A stretch of DNA of 33,086 nucleotides, taken from Octopus bimaculoides (lineage: Eukaryota). The DNA lies in assembly GCF_001194135.2 (NCBI RefSeq), contig NC_068987.1:67660757-67693842 (forward strand), read 5' to 3'. This document shows, one piece after another, positions 13,707-25,810 of the stretch; within the stretch, counting starts at the first letter, position 1; each line of letters begins with the position of its first letter. Position numbers and translations under genes: made by a program. A model generated the notes under the pieces. The model saw only the letters and a list, made by a program, of their open reading frames with translations, ran no database searches and was not told the origin of the DNA.

Positions 13707-13981
13707 TGTTGTGATGACAGTCACGACGTCCCCTTGTGAGAAATAGACTGGACCGAGCGATTATAAATAGTAACGGTCAGAATGAAGTTTGTGTGTAAGT
13801 TCGAGTTGAGTTCGCAGTGAAGTCGGAAGGTGTCGATTGGTTAGTTCGTTTGGAATATTGATTCTTGGTTCGTGAAGTGATTATTGGATCGTTACGTTGT
13901 TATTGCAGCTGCATCGTTATCTTCTTTACTATTATACTATTATAACACTGGTACAGTGTATCCAAACTATCCGTCACAATA
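13707..13981 (+). mobile_element. Candidate solo LTR (about 275 bp)
   Basis: Termini TGTTGTGATG ... CGTCACAATA are imperfectly inverted; TATAAATA at 13762 is followed by a GT-rich R/U5-like tract. No clean 4-6 bp TSD. Confidence 0.35.
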
Positions 13982-14159
13982 CCGTGGCGGTACCACGACA
14001 TTTGGAGATAGAGGATACAACGCATGCATAGTATATTTCATTTTATATTTCAATTAAGTTTAACTTGTATACTCCACCATTTTTAACGAGAGTTAATTTT
14101 CAAGTTAATATTTTTTTCTTTTAGTAATATATAGCGTCAGGAAAGTTTCCTTGTATACT

Positions 14160-15100
14160 ACAATGAGTATGGTCGCCTCAGCTCATATGTTTTGTAGTTG
14201 AGTCGTCGCAAGTCAGTCATTATTGTTTCTTTTATTAAGAATATGTTTAGAGGAAGATTTAGCAGATATTTCTAGAACGTGACGATATCGCATCAATGTT
14301 CCTTCGTTAGCTGGTAACATAAAATATGTTGTGTTGTGCATTAACCTAATGTAAGCTTTGATAGACCAGGCAGATTTATTATCAAAGACAACAAGCTCAC
14401 AACTATACTGCCTCTCTTCTGCATTAACAAATATGCTCTTTCCTTTTTCAATTGCACGATATGCCGCAAGGCAGTATTTTCTTTCTTTTTATATATATTT
14501 ACCGGTGATCGCAAGATATTTGCACTCGTCTTAGAGATTCTCTGTCTTTGGAATGGGTGCCATTATTCTTGAAGAAAATTTTCAACATTCTGTATTTTAT
14601 ACAGAACCTGTGTGCTTATAGAAAACAAACCAAGTTTATTTTGTCATATTTGTCGAACATCTTAGCTTTGAGCTGTTAATAATTTCTCTTCGTTGAACAA
14701 ATGCATTATTTTAATCACTGGATCACTGGATTGAAGCCTTTCAATAACGTAGTTAAAGAAGGAAGAGGTGAGCGCTGCATATTTCAAGCCCTGCAATACC
14801 GGAGGGAATTAGACTCATTTCGGAGTCCTACTTCTAGTGTTCGAAGGAAAGCGGACTCTAATATAGATGCTGATGGTAAATCGGGTGACGGATAAAGTTT
14901 AATATCCACAAACGGAAACGTGTTATCCGTCCAAATTTTACCCCTTAAAGCTTTGGTCAAATGCAGTCTACTTTTGAGCGACTACATTAACCATAAGAAA
15001 GTGTTTCTGTATTTGCTTCCATACATGTAGAACTACCAGTCTCATGAAACAACTGCATTATAAATATTCCGCACCGCTAATGCTGTCACAGTTTACCGAA
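14160..15100 (-). pseudogene. Possible decayed coding sequence of unknown origin
   Basis: Consecutive stop-free stretches of about 65, 40 and 91 codons linked by frameshifts/stops in my manual translation (e.g. GKIWTDNTFPFVDIKLYPSPDLPSASILESAFLRTLEVGL; KYCLAAYRAIEKGKSIFVNAEERQYSCELVVFDNKSAWSIKAYIRLMH). No family recognised. Confidence 0.25.
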
Positions 15101-15652
15101 TAAATTTATATATTACGTCATCATTTCAAGGCTGCAAGTTCATACTTATAATGAATGAGAACATGATTTTATGATGCTCATACACTTTTTTAATTATACA
15201 AACAATATAAGAAGAGTACATTTATTTCAATAATTATACATCCAAATAAATATATCATCGTTATTCATTTCTTTGCATGTACAACTAACTATTTACAGTT
15301 ACGTACACGAGTTCATATATTTATACATAATCACTCACTCCACTATACTTTTTATCAATCCCCAGCCTGCATGCACATAAGTTCCACCTTTCCTTCTTTA
15401 TCCTTCTTTCCTACACAACCACTTAACTTGTCTGCATATAACACATCTAACCAATATACTCATAACCCCACCGACCAAAGGACGTCTTTTTAAAAACTAT
15501 ATAAGACTAAAAATAACCAAAGTAAAGCACAGTGTTATAACGGCGAGGAAGCTGAAACATCCAAACCAAACCACAATTAAACATTTTCTGGAAAAAAAAA
15601 TTGACTAGATATCTATTAAACATTTTTAGCAATATTGCAGCGAGTATATATT

Positions 15653-15653
<1 letters not shown>

Positions 15654-15696
<43 letters not shown>
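15654..15696. repeat. (CAT)n microsatellite
   Basis: Direct observation; source of the spurious poly-His ORF. Confidence 0.95.
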
Positions 15697-15697
<1 letters not shown>

Positions 15698-15789
15698 TTC
15701 ATCAGATCGATATAACAATAACATTACCAAAGCAACAAGAGGGCGTGCACAAGGAATGTATTAGTGTGACGCTCGGTAAAAAGAGACGA

Positions 15790-15823
15790 TTTTGACGTTT
15801 CGAGCATGGCTTTTTGTCAGAAA
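15790..15823 (-). ncRNA. Decayed minimal type I hammerhead ribozyme motif (Penelope-associated type)
   Basis: Minus strand reads TTT CTGACAA A AAGC CAT GCTC GAAA C GT C AAAA: stem I TTT/AAA, core CUGAnGA (G8->A), stem II (A)AGC/GCT(C), GAAA, palindromic stem III ACGU, GUC cleavage triplet. Confidence 0.5.
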
Positions 15824-16961
15824 CGAAAACAGAAAAGTGCAGAGAAGGAAAAATATCGCCAACGGTACGTGTGTGGTATGAAAGTGAATTATTTGATTAC
15901 GTTGTCGGAAAATTTGCCTTACACGAAAATAGTTTGTAATTCTGAAGGAGAGAATATATTAAAAAATATTCACACGCCTACGTATATTTGTATAAATCCC
16001 CTCCGCAAATGTACAAACTTTCATCCTATCCTTCATGTTATCCCTTTCCTACATAAACATTTCTCTTGTCTGCCTATGCCTCATCTAATTCTCATTCACA
16101 ATATTCAACCAGCCAAAGGATAACTTGCCAAAAACTATATACAGCCATATTTAAGTGAGCATGCTTAGGACAGCGTTGTCCTGATTTGGACAAAACGCAA
16201 AACTAAACAAGCATTCACACATAGTCTAATCACGATCCTCTAAAACAAGTACAGAAAATGTGATGTATACAGGAATAGGTTGATACGCAAATGAATATAG
16301 GTAATTAGTAGTATTACAAAGAAAAACAAATTGCACCTTTTTCGTTAGCATCGTAATTAATGTGAAATTCTTAACTTCATTAAGTTATCTCCCCTTCATA
16401 TCTGAAAGAATCTTTTATGAAATTAAAGGACATGTATATATATANNNNNNNNNNNNNNNNNNNNNNNNNNNNNNNNNNNNNNNNNNNNNNNNNNNNNNNN
16501 NNNNNNNNNNNNNNNNNNNNNNNNNNNNNNNNNNNNNNNNNNNNNNNNNNNNNNNNNNNNNNNNNNNNNNNNNNNNNNNNNNNNNNNNNNNNNNNNNNNN
16601 NNNNNNNNNNNNNNNNNNNNNNNNNNNNNNNNNNNNNNNNNNNNNNNNNNNNNNNNNNNNNNNNNNNNNNNNNNNNNNNNNNNNNNNNNNNNNNNNNNNN
16701 NNNNNNNNNNNNNNNNNNNNNNNNNNNNNNNNNNNNNNNNNNNNNNNNNNNNNNNNNNNNNNNNNNNNNNNNNNNNNNNNNNNNNNNNNNNNNNNNNNNN
16801 NNNNNNNNNNNNNNNNNNNNNNNNNNNNNNNNNNNNNNNNNNNNNNNNNNNNNNNNNNNNNNNNNNNNNNNNNNNNNNNNNNNNNNNNNNNNNNNNNNNN
16901 NNNNNNNNNNNNNNNNNNNNNNNNNNNNNNNNNNNNNNNNNNNNNNNNNNNNNNNNNNNNN

Positions 16962-16993
<32 letters not shown>

Positions 16994-17541
16994 AATGTGC
17001 GATTATATATGTATGTATGAAAGAGACAGGTAATGAAGGAGGTGCTACAAATATCATTTGTTATTATATATACAAACACGTACACAAGAACCCATGTATA
17101 TCGTTTTCTCATTTGTTATATCATTTGTAAAGCCATTTTTTCATTGACATTACACAATCATTCTAATTAATTTTAGAACACTAAGAATTCTTAATTAACG
17201 ATAGCAATCTTGATTTTGTCTTTTTCAAGGAACATCACAACAGTTGGAGTTTCTTTCTTGAGAACGTGAGTGAATTCTTTGAAGCTTATTCAGCATTTTG
17301 TATTGTCTTCGATAGTGTTCTCTGTGTGTGCATGTGTGCATGTGCATGTGCATAGGTGGGTCGGGGGGGGAGTACTATTTGTAGACCCGCTGCAGTCTCT
17401 TTTCCACCCACATAACTCCCATGTATTCAATCAATATTTGTTTATTATGGCAATATTTATAGTTACTATGATTCATGAAATTGTTTTATTTCCTGATTTT
17501 CGTAGTTATTTCGTTATCACTGTTGTTATTGTTGCCGTTGT

Positions 17542-17542
<1 letters not shown>

Positions 17543-17589
<47 letters not shown>

Positions 17590-17678
17590 AGCTGCTGCTG
17601 CTGCTACTACTATTATTGCTATTATTAATATCATCGTCATCATCTTCGTCATCATCATTATTATTATTATTATTATTG
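17543..17678. repeat. Compound trinucleotide microsatellite (ACT)n(GCT)n(TCA)n(ATT)n
   Basis: Direct observation; source of the poly-T/A/L/S/N ORFs. Confidence 0.95.
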
Positions 17679-17961
17679 AGCATTGGTTCTTTCAGCGTTT
17701 CTTTCTGTCAAATGAAGCTATTTCATGGTTTACAAATACTCCTGAATATTGCTTTAGTTATTTTTTCTATGTTTTATCTTCGAATTTTTAATAAACATGC
17801 CATTTGATTACATTGCGTCTTTCTCATGCAGCAGTTTACACAGACGTACACAACAAACACATAGACATACACTTGAATATATGTACGCATATATGTATAT
17901 TTCAATATATAAATACACATATGCATATATATATATATATATATATATATANNNNNNNNNN

Positions 17962-18017
<56 letters not shown>

Positions 18018-18555
18018 TTTATGTATGTGTGTGTGTGTTTATACATGTGTGTATCACTATATTAGTCTGTAAATATTTAATCCCTGCGCATGTATATGCG
18101 CATGTCTATGCACGATATTTTTGACATAACAGTAAATATTATATGATAGCATTAAAGAATATTTCCTGCTTTTATGTATACATTTCTTGCCTCGTTCTGG
18201 ATATTCTTTAGCGGGCAGCAGCAATTTTTCTTAGCAACTGAAGATACCATCCATATGCCATTTATTTTTATTCTTTCATCTAAATTTTAACAGCTATGTT
18301 TTTCTCTGTCTCAATTTTTTCTTTTGTTTTCGTAAGAAACATCTTTAATATTTATTCCAAACGGAACCCTTTACATAAGTAAGATTCCTTCTATGATTTA
18401 TTGTTTTGTTGTCTTAAGAATCAAAGTAAAATCCATGCAAAATCATAAAAGAAAGAATAGGGGCCACTACCAAGTATACATATGTGTGTGTGTGTGTATG
18501 CATCACTCTTCTGTACGTATCACTCTCTCTATGTATATGAATATGGATATATATA

Positions 18556-18591
<36 letters not shown>

Positions 18592-20721
18592 TGTATGTAT
18601 GTATGTATGTATGTATGTATGTATGCATATATAGATAGATANNNNNNNNNNNNNNNNNNNNNNNNNNNNNNNNNNNNNNNNNNNNNNNNNNNNNNNNNNN
18701 NNNNNNNNNNNNNNNNNNNNNNNNNNNNNNNNNNNNNNNNNNNNNNNNNNNNNNNNNNNNNNNNNNNNNNNNNNNNNNNNNNNNNNNNNNNNNNNNNNNN
18801 NNNNNNNNNNNNNNNNNNNNNNNNNNNNNNNNNNNNNNNNNNNNNNNNNNNNNNNNNNNNNNNNNNNNNNNNNNNNNNNNNNNNNNNNNNNNNNNNNNNN
18901 NNNNNNNNNNNNNNNNNNNNNNNNNNNNNNNNNNNNNNNNNNNNNNNNNNNNNNNNNNNNNNNNNNNNNNNNNNNNNNNNNNNNNNNNNNNNNNNNNNNN
19001 NNNNNNNNNNNNNNNNNNNNNNNNNNNNNNNNNNNNNNNNNNNNNNNNNNNNNNNNNNNNNNNNNNNNNNNNNNNNNNNNNNNNNNNNNNNNNNNNNNNN
19101 NNNNNTATATATAGTCATTTCTTAGATACAGTTACTGGAAGATCATAAAAAATAGCATAGCTTCGTTATCGGGGTAAGTATTCTTCTGATGGATGACACA
19201 AAACTTTTTGACTCGATTCCACGAAGTGCATACAAAAGTGAACGTAATATCATGCCATAGATATGTTACTTCTTAAAGATTTGCATTTACCATTGATTAC
19301 TTTAAGCGTGACGAATGCTCGTCAATTATGTAATGTTTGTTCTATATACAATGACAATATATACGTCATTACGGTACCTAGTTTCAGTTGTGCGTGCTGA
19401 ACGTACCTTCGTGAGTGGAGTGAAGTATCCTTCACAGTGCGATATTATATTGAGAAAGATTGAGAGAAATAGAGATAGAGAGGGAGATGAAGAGAGAGCG
19501 ACGAAGAGGAGAGAAAGCATGAAAAGCTGAGTGAGTAATCTCCACAGAATTTGCGATACAGTATTTGATCGTTTGTGCTTAAAACAGAATAAAACGAATT
19601 TTAATCACAGAAATTTTAGAGCTCACATAAGAAACATGTTGATTCGTAAATGTCTATCAGATATATGTCATGCAGATAGCTCATCTGACATGTCAGAGAA
19701 GAATTACACACAGCTTTGGTGGATATTCATACAAATTGACGATACTGGGAAAGCCGGTCAAAAATCTTTGTTAATTTTAGGGACATTAAATTCCTATGTG
19801 ATTCTAAACGCTGTAGCACTGAGTTTCTCGTGCGCAGCCTCTCTCCTTTTTTTTTTTACCTCATCATTCATGCGAAAATAAGCATTTTGGAACGTCTTAA
19901 TCCGCAATACCAGGGTATTTTCTTTTGTGGCTTAGAATCTTCATGTTTTATATTTTATAATGAGTCAGACCATTCCAAATATATTTGTGACAAATGAACT
20001 GGCTTCCTTCTAACATAAACACTGACTCTTAGTAATTCAACACATCAATACGACGCTGGTTATTGTTATATTGGTATTTCTTTTTTTCAAACACTTCACA
20101 GTCTCTTTTCGTTTTATTCGACTGTGGATTTGAAAGCACCTGCACGCTTTATTAAAATTTTCTGAATTACTGATTAGCCGATAGTGTATTATAAGTAGAA
20201 TACGGGTCAGATATCAACATCTGAGTAGCCTACAGGCATATATGATCCGAGATTAGTAGTTAATTGATAACTAATATGCTTGGCCTGAAGGCTACAAAAT
20301 GTATATGAATGCTTTCACGAACAAGCCTTCACGGTATTTGGCAAGCGTCTTTGCAAGTGTGAATAGGCGATGTTGTTTCAAACATTTTGCATCAGTTACT
20401 GTGCATTTACGGCTTCATGATTTCTCTGCATCTACGTAGCAATGCATGTGAATTGTCCCTGAATACCCGTATGTAAGCTGTTGTTTCTCTGTGCGTGTAA
20501 CTATATTAGTAAATCGGAAGAATTACACGTATAATTATTAGTATCACATTTGAATATTCTGTTCACAGAATATTAATATTGGCATCATTAGCAGAAATTG
20601 GAAAAATTGTCTTGTTATGTATGTGTGTGCACGTGCGCTAACGCGCGCACACGTATTCATACACGTGCACGCATTTATGTATGTATGTATATATATATAT
20701 GTATACACGTATATATGTAAG

Positions 20722-20756
<35 letters not shown>

Positions 20757-21487
20757 NNNNNNNNNNNNNNNNNNNNNNNNNNNNNNNNNNNNNNNNNNNN
20801 NNNNNNNNNNNNNNNNNNNNNNNNNNNNNNNNNNNNNNNNNNNNNNNNNNNNNNNNNNNNNNNNNNNNNNNNNNNNNNNNNNNNNNNNNNNNNNNNNNNN
20901 NNNNNNNNNNNNNNNNNNNNNNNNNNNNNNNNNNNNNNNNNNNNNNNNNNNNNNNNNNNNNNNNNNNNNNNNNNNNNNNNNNNNNNNNNNNNNNNNNNNN
21001 NNNNNNNNNNNNNNNNNNNNNNNNNNNNNNNNNNNNNNNNNNNNNNNNNNNNNNNNNNNNNNNNNNNNNNNNNNNNNNNNNNNNNNNNNNNNNNNNNNNN
21101 NNNNNNNNNNNNNNNNNNNNNNTATATATATATATATATATATACATATAAGGCATGTGTCATTGTTAGGAATTTAGCCTTAGGGTGGAACGTGTATCAG
21201 TACCGTCAAGAGTTGTTGTGAATTTACATCTCATTCATTTTGCTAAAAAAAGACTGCGTCTAGGATATACAATAGTATCATTGTCCACAATATTTTCCTG
21301 AATATTGCTAGAGAATGGTTATTATAAAAACTGTCAGAATGTTTAACAATAATATAATAAAGAAAAGGTTGTTTCATTTATGAGCGAAACAATTTATAGC
21401 AACGATTGTTAATTTAGAAGAATGTGCTTAGATGAGAAATTCTCCGAATTTCGTTTCATAGGTTGCTGAAGGAAAGGAAAAAAAAAG

Positions 21488-21804
21488 TGTAAAGACCATG
21501 GGATTTCATCAAGAAAGTTCCCCTCCGAGGTACCAGTCCGGGCAAGGTTGTTTATTGAAGACCCAGCTGTCACCCATGCATACCAGATTCCCCTCTCCAC
21601 ACCACCGATGTTACCCAAGGGAAAGGCAAAGGGTGATATAGCTTGGCACCAGTGACATTGCCAACTTATTTCTACAACTGCATGAACTGCGGCAGCGTGA
21701 AATAAAATGCGTTGCTCAAGAACACAACATGCAGCTTGATCCGGTAATCAAACTCACTACCTCATGATTATGACCTCGACGCTCTAACCATTGAACCATA
21801 CACT
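21488..21804 (-). mobile_element. Near full-length tRNA-derived SINE
   Basis: Minus strand starts AGTGTATGGTTCAATGGTTAGAGCG...GAGTTTGATTACC (A/B-box-like), then TTGTGTTCTTGAGCAACGCATTTTATTTCAC, shared with 11870-12240 and 22565-22750. Confidence 0.75.
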
Positions 21805-21920
21805 TTCACTCGAAGGAAAATATTTCCCTGTAAACTTGTTGGATCTTATGAGAAAATATAAATTTTTGAGAAATTGTGGCAGTTCGCAGTGCGAAGCATA
21901 CGATGAGTTCCTTGCAACTA

Positions 21921-22055
21921 TAATCCTTTCTATTATAGGCAGAAAGCTCATAATTTTTGGGAAGAGAGCTAGCCGATTACATCGAGCCTAGTACTTGACA
22001 AGTACTCTTTTAATCGACCTAAAAGAATAGTTGGCCTCGGCACAGTTTGAACCTA
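21921..22055 (-). mobile_element. Diverged SINE fragment (same family as 32574-32787)
   Basis: ATCCTTTCTATTATAGGC...GCCGATTACATCGA...TTAATCGACC...GGCCTCGG...TTTGAAC. Confidence 0.55.
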
Positions 22056-22360
22056 TAATCATGTTTATAGCAGTAGCAGTCATGTAGATTAGCAGTAGTA
22101 CCAGCACGAAGAACCATAGCTATAGCCACAGCAGTGGCCGTTTAAAAAGGAAATAGTCTGGTCAACTGAAACAGCGGGAGTTTAGCTGCTCGTCCTACAA
22201 TGCTTGCAGTACTGCACTTGTAGGACGTAATAAACTGACTATCTTCCGGATGTTGTCTGAAAGTATATTAGTTTGACTACTTGCAACCGTAGAGACGTTT
22301 AATGTTTGATTAATACAAAGTAGAGCTCCGACAATGCTAAGATATTTGTAGAGGAGTGTA

Positions 22361-22380
22361 CAGGCACACCTCAACTTACG
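22361..22380 (+). mobile_element. Possible pogo/Tigger-type terminal inverted repeat remnant
   Basis: TA|CAGGCACACCTCAACTTACG resembles pogo/Tigger TIRs; the partner end (about 22487-22508) is only weakly similar. Confidence 0.25.
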
Positions 22381-22564
22381 TCGTCACCAGTTACATTTTT
22401 AAAATTATTTTTACTACCTTAAGACATTAACGTAAATGTCAACTTTAGGTGATTTATCCGAATTTACCTAAAACAAATACCGAAGTGTAAATTCAAATAA
22501 AATACCTGAAAATATACACAAACCATTTAATAAAACACAGAAGCGCGTAGCTAAGTACAATCTT

Positions 22565-22750
22565 GAGTGTGAGTGTAAGATTGCGGTTTCGATTCCTGGA
22601 CCAGGTGATAGGTTGTCTTCTTGTGCAAAACACTTCATTTCACATTGCTCCAGTCCGTTCAGCAGGCAAAATGAATTATCCTACAACAGACCGGCGTTCC
22701 CTCCAGAGAAGAATATATATTTGCCACAGAATCCGGGAAACCGGCCTTAT
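22565..22750 (+). mobile_element. 5'-eroded tRNA-derived SINE
   Basis: B box GGTTTCGATTCC (22585-22596) followed by TTGTGCAAAACACTTCATTTCACATTGCTCCAGTCC. Confidence 0.65.
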
Positions 22751-22799
22751 TAGACAATGGCACGGGAAGTACATTTGATCTTATTTCTAAAAAAAATTA

Positions 22800-23200
22800 A
22801 TACAAGCACACATACGCAAATGAAGACTGAAACACATGACAATATACACAAAAACTTCACACAAGAATACATATGGAGACACGCGTCCACACATATGGAG
22901 ATACACATCCATACATACAGACACAGTACCTACTCACAAAAATCTATACATACACAGAGAGACACACTCAGACATGCACACACAAGGCGACAGAGGTACA
23001 CACACACAGACACGCACATGCAAACACACACACACACATAAATCACACAAGCACGAACACACAAACACACTAACGCATGAATATGCAGAGTACATACATA
23101 CAAACGTACACACACACATAAGATATACATACGCACACACACATACATACATACATGCATACACACACCTGCATGCATGCATACATATATGTGTATGTGC
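22800..23200. repeat. Degenerate CA/ACAT-rich low-complexity tract
   Basis: Direct observation; source of the H/T/Y-rich spurious ORFs. Confidence 0.85.
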
Positions 23201-23443
23201 ACAAAGAGACTAAAAGAACGCAGCTTGGATAACGGACAGAGTCAACAACTATTGAAAAGGTTGCAAGACGCAACGAAGATTTTAGAGAAATGAATAAGAA
23301 AATGAATGGAGATTTTATCGGTGGGTGTGTTAAATTATAAAGGCAGTAAGAGAGAATGATTCTCCCCAGACACAACAGAATATATTTCAACACACGAATT
23401 CACATAAAGAATCTTGCAAACCAAATCCCGAAACGAAATATAT

Positions 23444-23510
<67 letters not shown>

Positions 23511-23513
<3 letters not shown>

Positions 23514-23670
23514 GACGGGCTTCTTTCTGTTTTCATCTACCAGATCCACTCGCAAGGTTTTGGTCAACCGAAGGCTATAAGAGAAGACACTTGCTTAATG
23601 TGCTACTGCGTGGGACTGAATCCGGAACCATGTGATTGGGAAGCAAGCTTCTTACTACACAGCTATGCCT
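23511..23670 (-). mobile_element. tRNA-derived SINE ending in (TA)n (23449-23512)
   Basis: Minus strand: GGCATAGCTGTGTAG...GGTTCCGGATTCAGTCCC...GTGGATCTGGTAGATGAAAACAGAAAGAAGCCCGTCG(TA)n. Confidence 0.75.
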
Positions 23671-23674
23671 AGTG

Positions 23675-23770
23675 ATTCCGGAAGGGTGAAAGGCAGAGTT
23701 GACATCAGCGTCATTTGAACTTAGAGTGTAATGAACCGTAAGTAAATCCTATTAGGTGTTTTGCGTGGTT
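23675..23770 (-). mobile_element. SINE 5' fragment (32574-type family)
   Basis: GGGTGAAAGGCAGAGTTGACATCAGCGTCATTTGAAC matches the ...GGCAAAGTCGACCTCGGTGGGATTTGAAC block at about 32680. Confidence 0.5.
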
Positions 23771-24188
23771 ACTTTTGAACTGGTAATTCACCGCCATTAC
23801 TGACATAGCATTTCAAATTTGAAACATGCTGCCAAAGTAAGGAATCATATTATCGAAGTTAAAAGTATTTATATACCACAGGCTTCCAATTCTAATAATT
23901 ATTCTTACTTTCGTTTATCCAAGACGTATCAATGCGTAAATAAAGAATGCTAAGAGTACTATGAAATGCAAAATTCCAATTAAGAATTGGAAATATGACC
24001 TCTTAGATGTTAAAGAACAAAATAGTAATTAGAGAATTGACTGAATCATTGCCACATGAAAACTACATGCAAGCAATAAAACAATTAATTAAACATTAAT
24101 TCGTATAACAAAGAATAGTTTCAAGAAAATATACCAAACACAGACACACACACACAAACGCACACGTACGCATGCACACACACAGACT

Positions 24189-24222
<34 letters not shown>

Positions 24223-24676
24223 ACACATACACAACTACCCTTCCACACGTACGTGTTTATATATTAGTGTCCATAAAGACAACTAGATAATTGTGGCTGC
24301 ACCTATGTTATCACACGCATACACTCATATACATGCATACATACATTCATATATTCAAGCACACAAACACACATACACATATGTATATAAGTATGCATGC
24401 ACATGTGTATGTATGTATATGTGTGCATGAATATATGTAGAGATACATACGTACATACATACATACACACACACATATATATATACATTTCTATATACAT
24501 ATACATACACGCACACATATATATATATGCGTTCCTGTGTGCGCATGCATTTAATGACTCAATATAGAAAATTAGTTGTAAATATGAATTCGATTAAAAC
24601 ATATAAAAGCATTCATTTAATTTGTACATATTAACATTTTCTTTTAGGTTTAAACAATTTCTTTAGCTTTGTGAAA

Positions 24677-24723
<47 letters not shown>

Positions 24724-25380
24724 TGTGTGTGTTTGTTTGTTTCTGTGTGTGTATCTATACATATTATACACATACACACACACACACACATATATATACA
24801 CACATATATATGCCTATGATTTGCGTTTTCAATTCCTATACATGTGTAAATATATATGTATATATATATATGTGTGGGGGGAGGGGTGTATGTGTGTGTA
24901 TGTGTGCATGTATATATGTACATATATATTGATAGACAGATAGATATAGTTGTATATGAATACATGTTCTCTTTGTTTATTTGTGTATGTATGTGTGTGT
25001 GTTTGTGTTTGTGTGTGTGCCACTGGTTATATTGTTACTTATTTTTTGAAATGACAACACATAAATATCAACAAATTATTCTTACTTAATTTGATAATTT
25101 TTGTTTACTTTGAAAAGTTTAGTCAAATATCAAATACCATAATTCATTGCTAAAATAGAAACTTAGAATTGACCTTTTTAAACTGCATATCTATAAACTC
25201 TTGAAAACTAAACTTTAGAAAAGTACGTTTCCTTATATTTGAGTGTTTAAATCACTGAATAGACATTTAACGGTAAAATAATTCGCGTTTCTTTTGCAAC
25301 TAGTGGGTTGATTTGAGAAGGAGAAGAACAAGTGCGTGTCGAGTTCCAAATACAAAATATTGATGTATCATTAACAAAGC

Positions 25381-25515
25381 GTAGGCTTGGCTGTATTGGA
25401 AGAAGTATGCGTCCCAACTGCATGGTTCGAATTTAATCCCACTACGTATTAGGGTGGGCTACTGTCTCCTACTATAGCCACGAGCCGACTAAAGCCTTGT
25501 GAAAGAAGACTGTCG
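25381..25515 (+). mobile_element. Internally deleted SINE ending in (TATG)n
   Basis: GCTTGGCTGT...TCCCAAC...ATGGTTCG...AATCCCAC head and AAAGAAGACTGTCG tail directly followed by (TATG)n. Confidence 0.6.
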
Positions 25516-25587
25516 TATGTATGTATGTATGTATGCATGTATGTATTTCATATTTTTGAATTAATGTTTATATGTTGATTAGTATAC

Positions 25588-25635
25588 TTTTACTTGTTTC
25601 AGTCATTTGACTACGGCCATGCTGGAGCATCGCCT
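25588..25635 (-). mobile_element. SINE 3' tail fragment
   Basis: TTTTACTTGTTTCAGTCATTTGACTACGGCCATGCTGGAGCATCGCC; partly shared with 7030-7135. Confidence 0.5.
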
Positions 25636-25750
25636 TATGTTGACATGTTGAGTAGAGCACTAGCACAGTTTGGGCTACCTGGTGTCATCTACAGTCGGGA
25701 TATGTTTCCGTTTGATGCACTTCAGGAATTCCGCATTGTATGTTAATTGA

Positions 25751-25809
<59 letters not shown>
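25751..25809. repeat. (AAT)n microsatellite
   Basis: Direct observation. Confidence 0.95.

Positions 25810-25810
<1 letters not shown>

Larger units (their letters stand above)
15316..16141. repeat. Old direct repeat pair (about 15316-15502 and 15954-16141)
   Basis: Shared anchors AATCCCC, TTTCCTACA, CTTGTCTGC, CATCTAA, CCAAAGGA and AAAAACTATA in the same order and spacing; roughly two-thirds identity by eye. Confidence 0.6.

Noticed and set aside
19531-19881. 116 aa plus-strand ORF MSNLHRICD...
   Set aside because: No recognisable motif and no ATG at the stated start; within chance expectation
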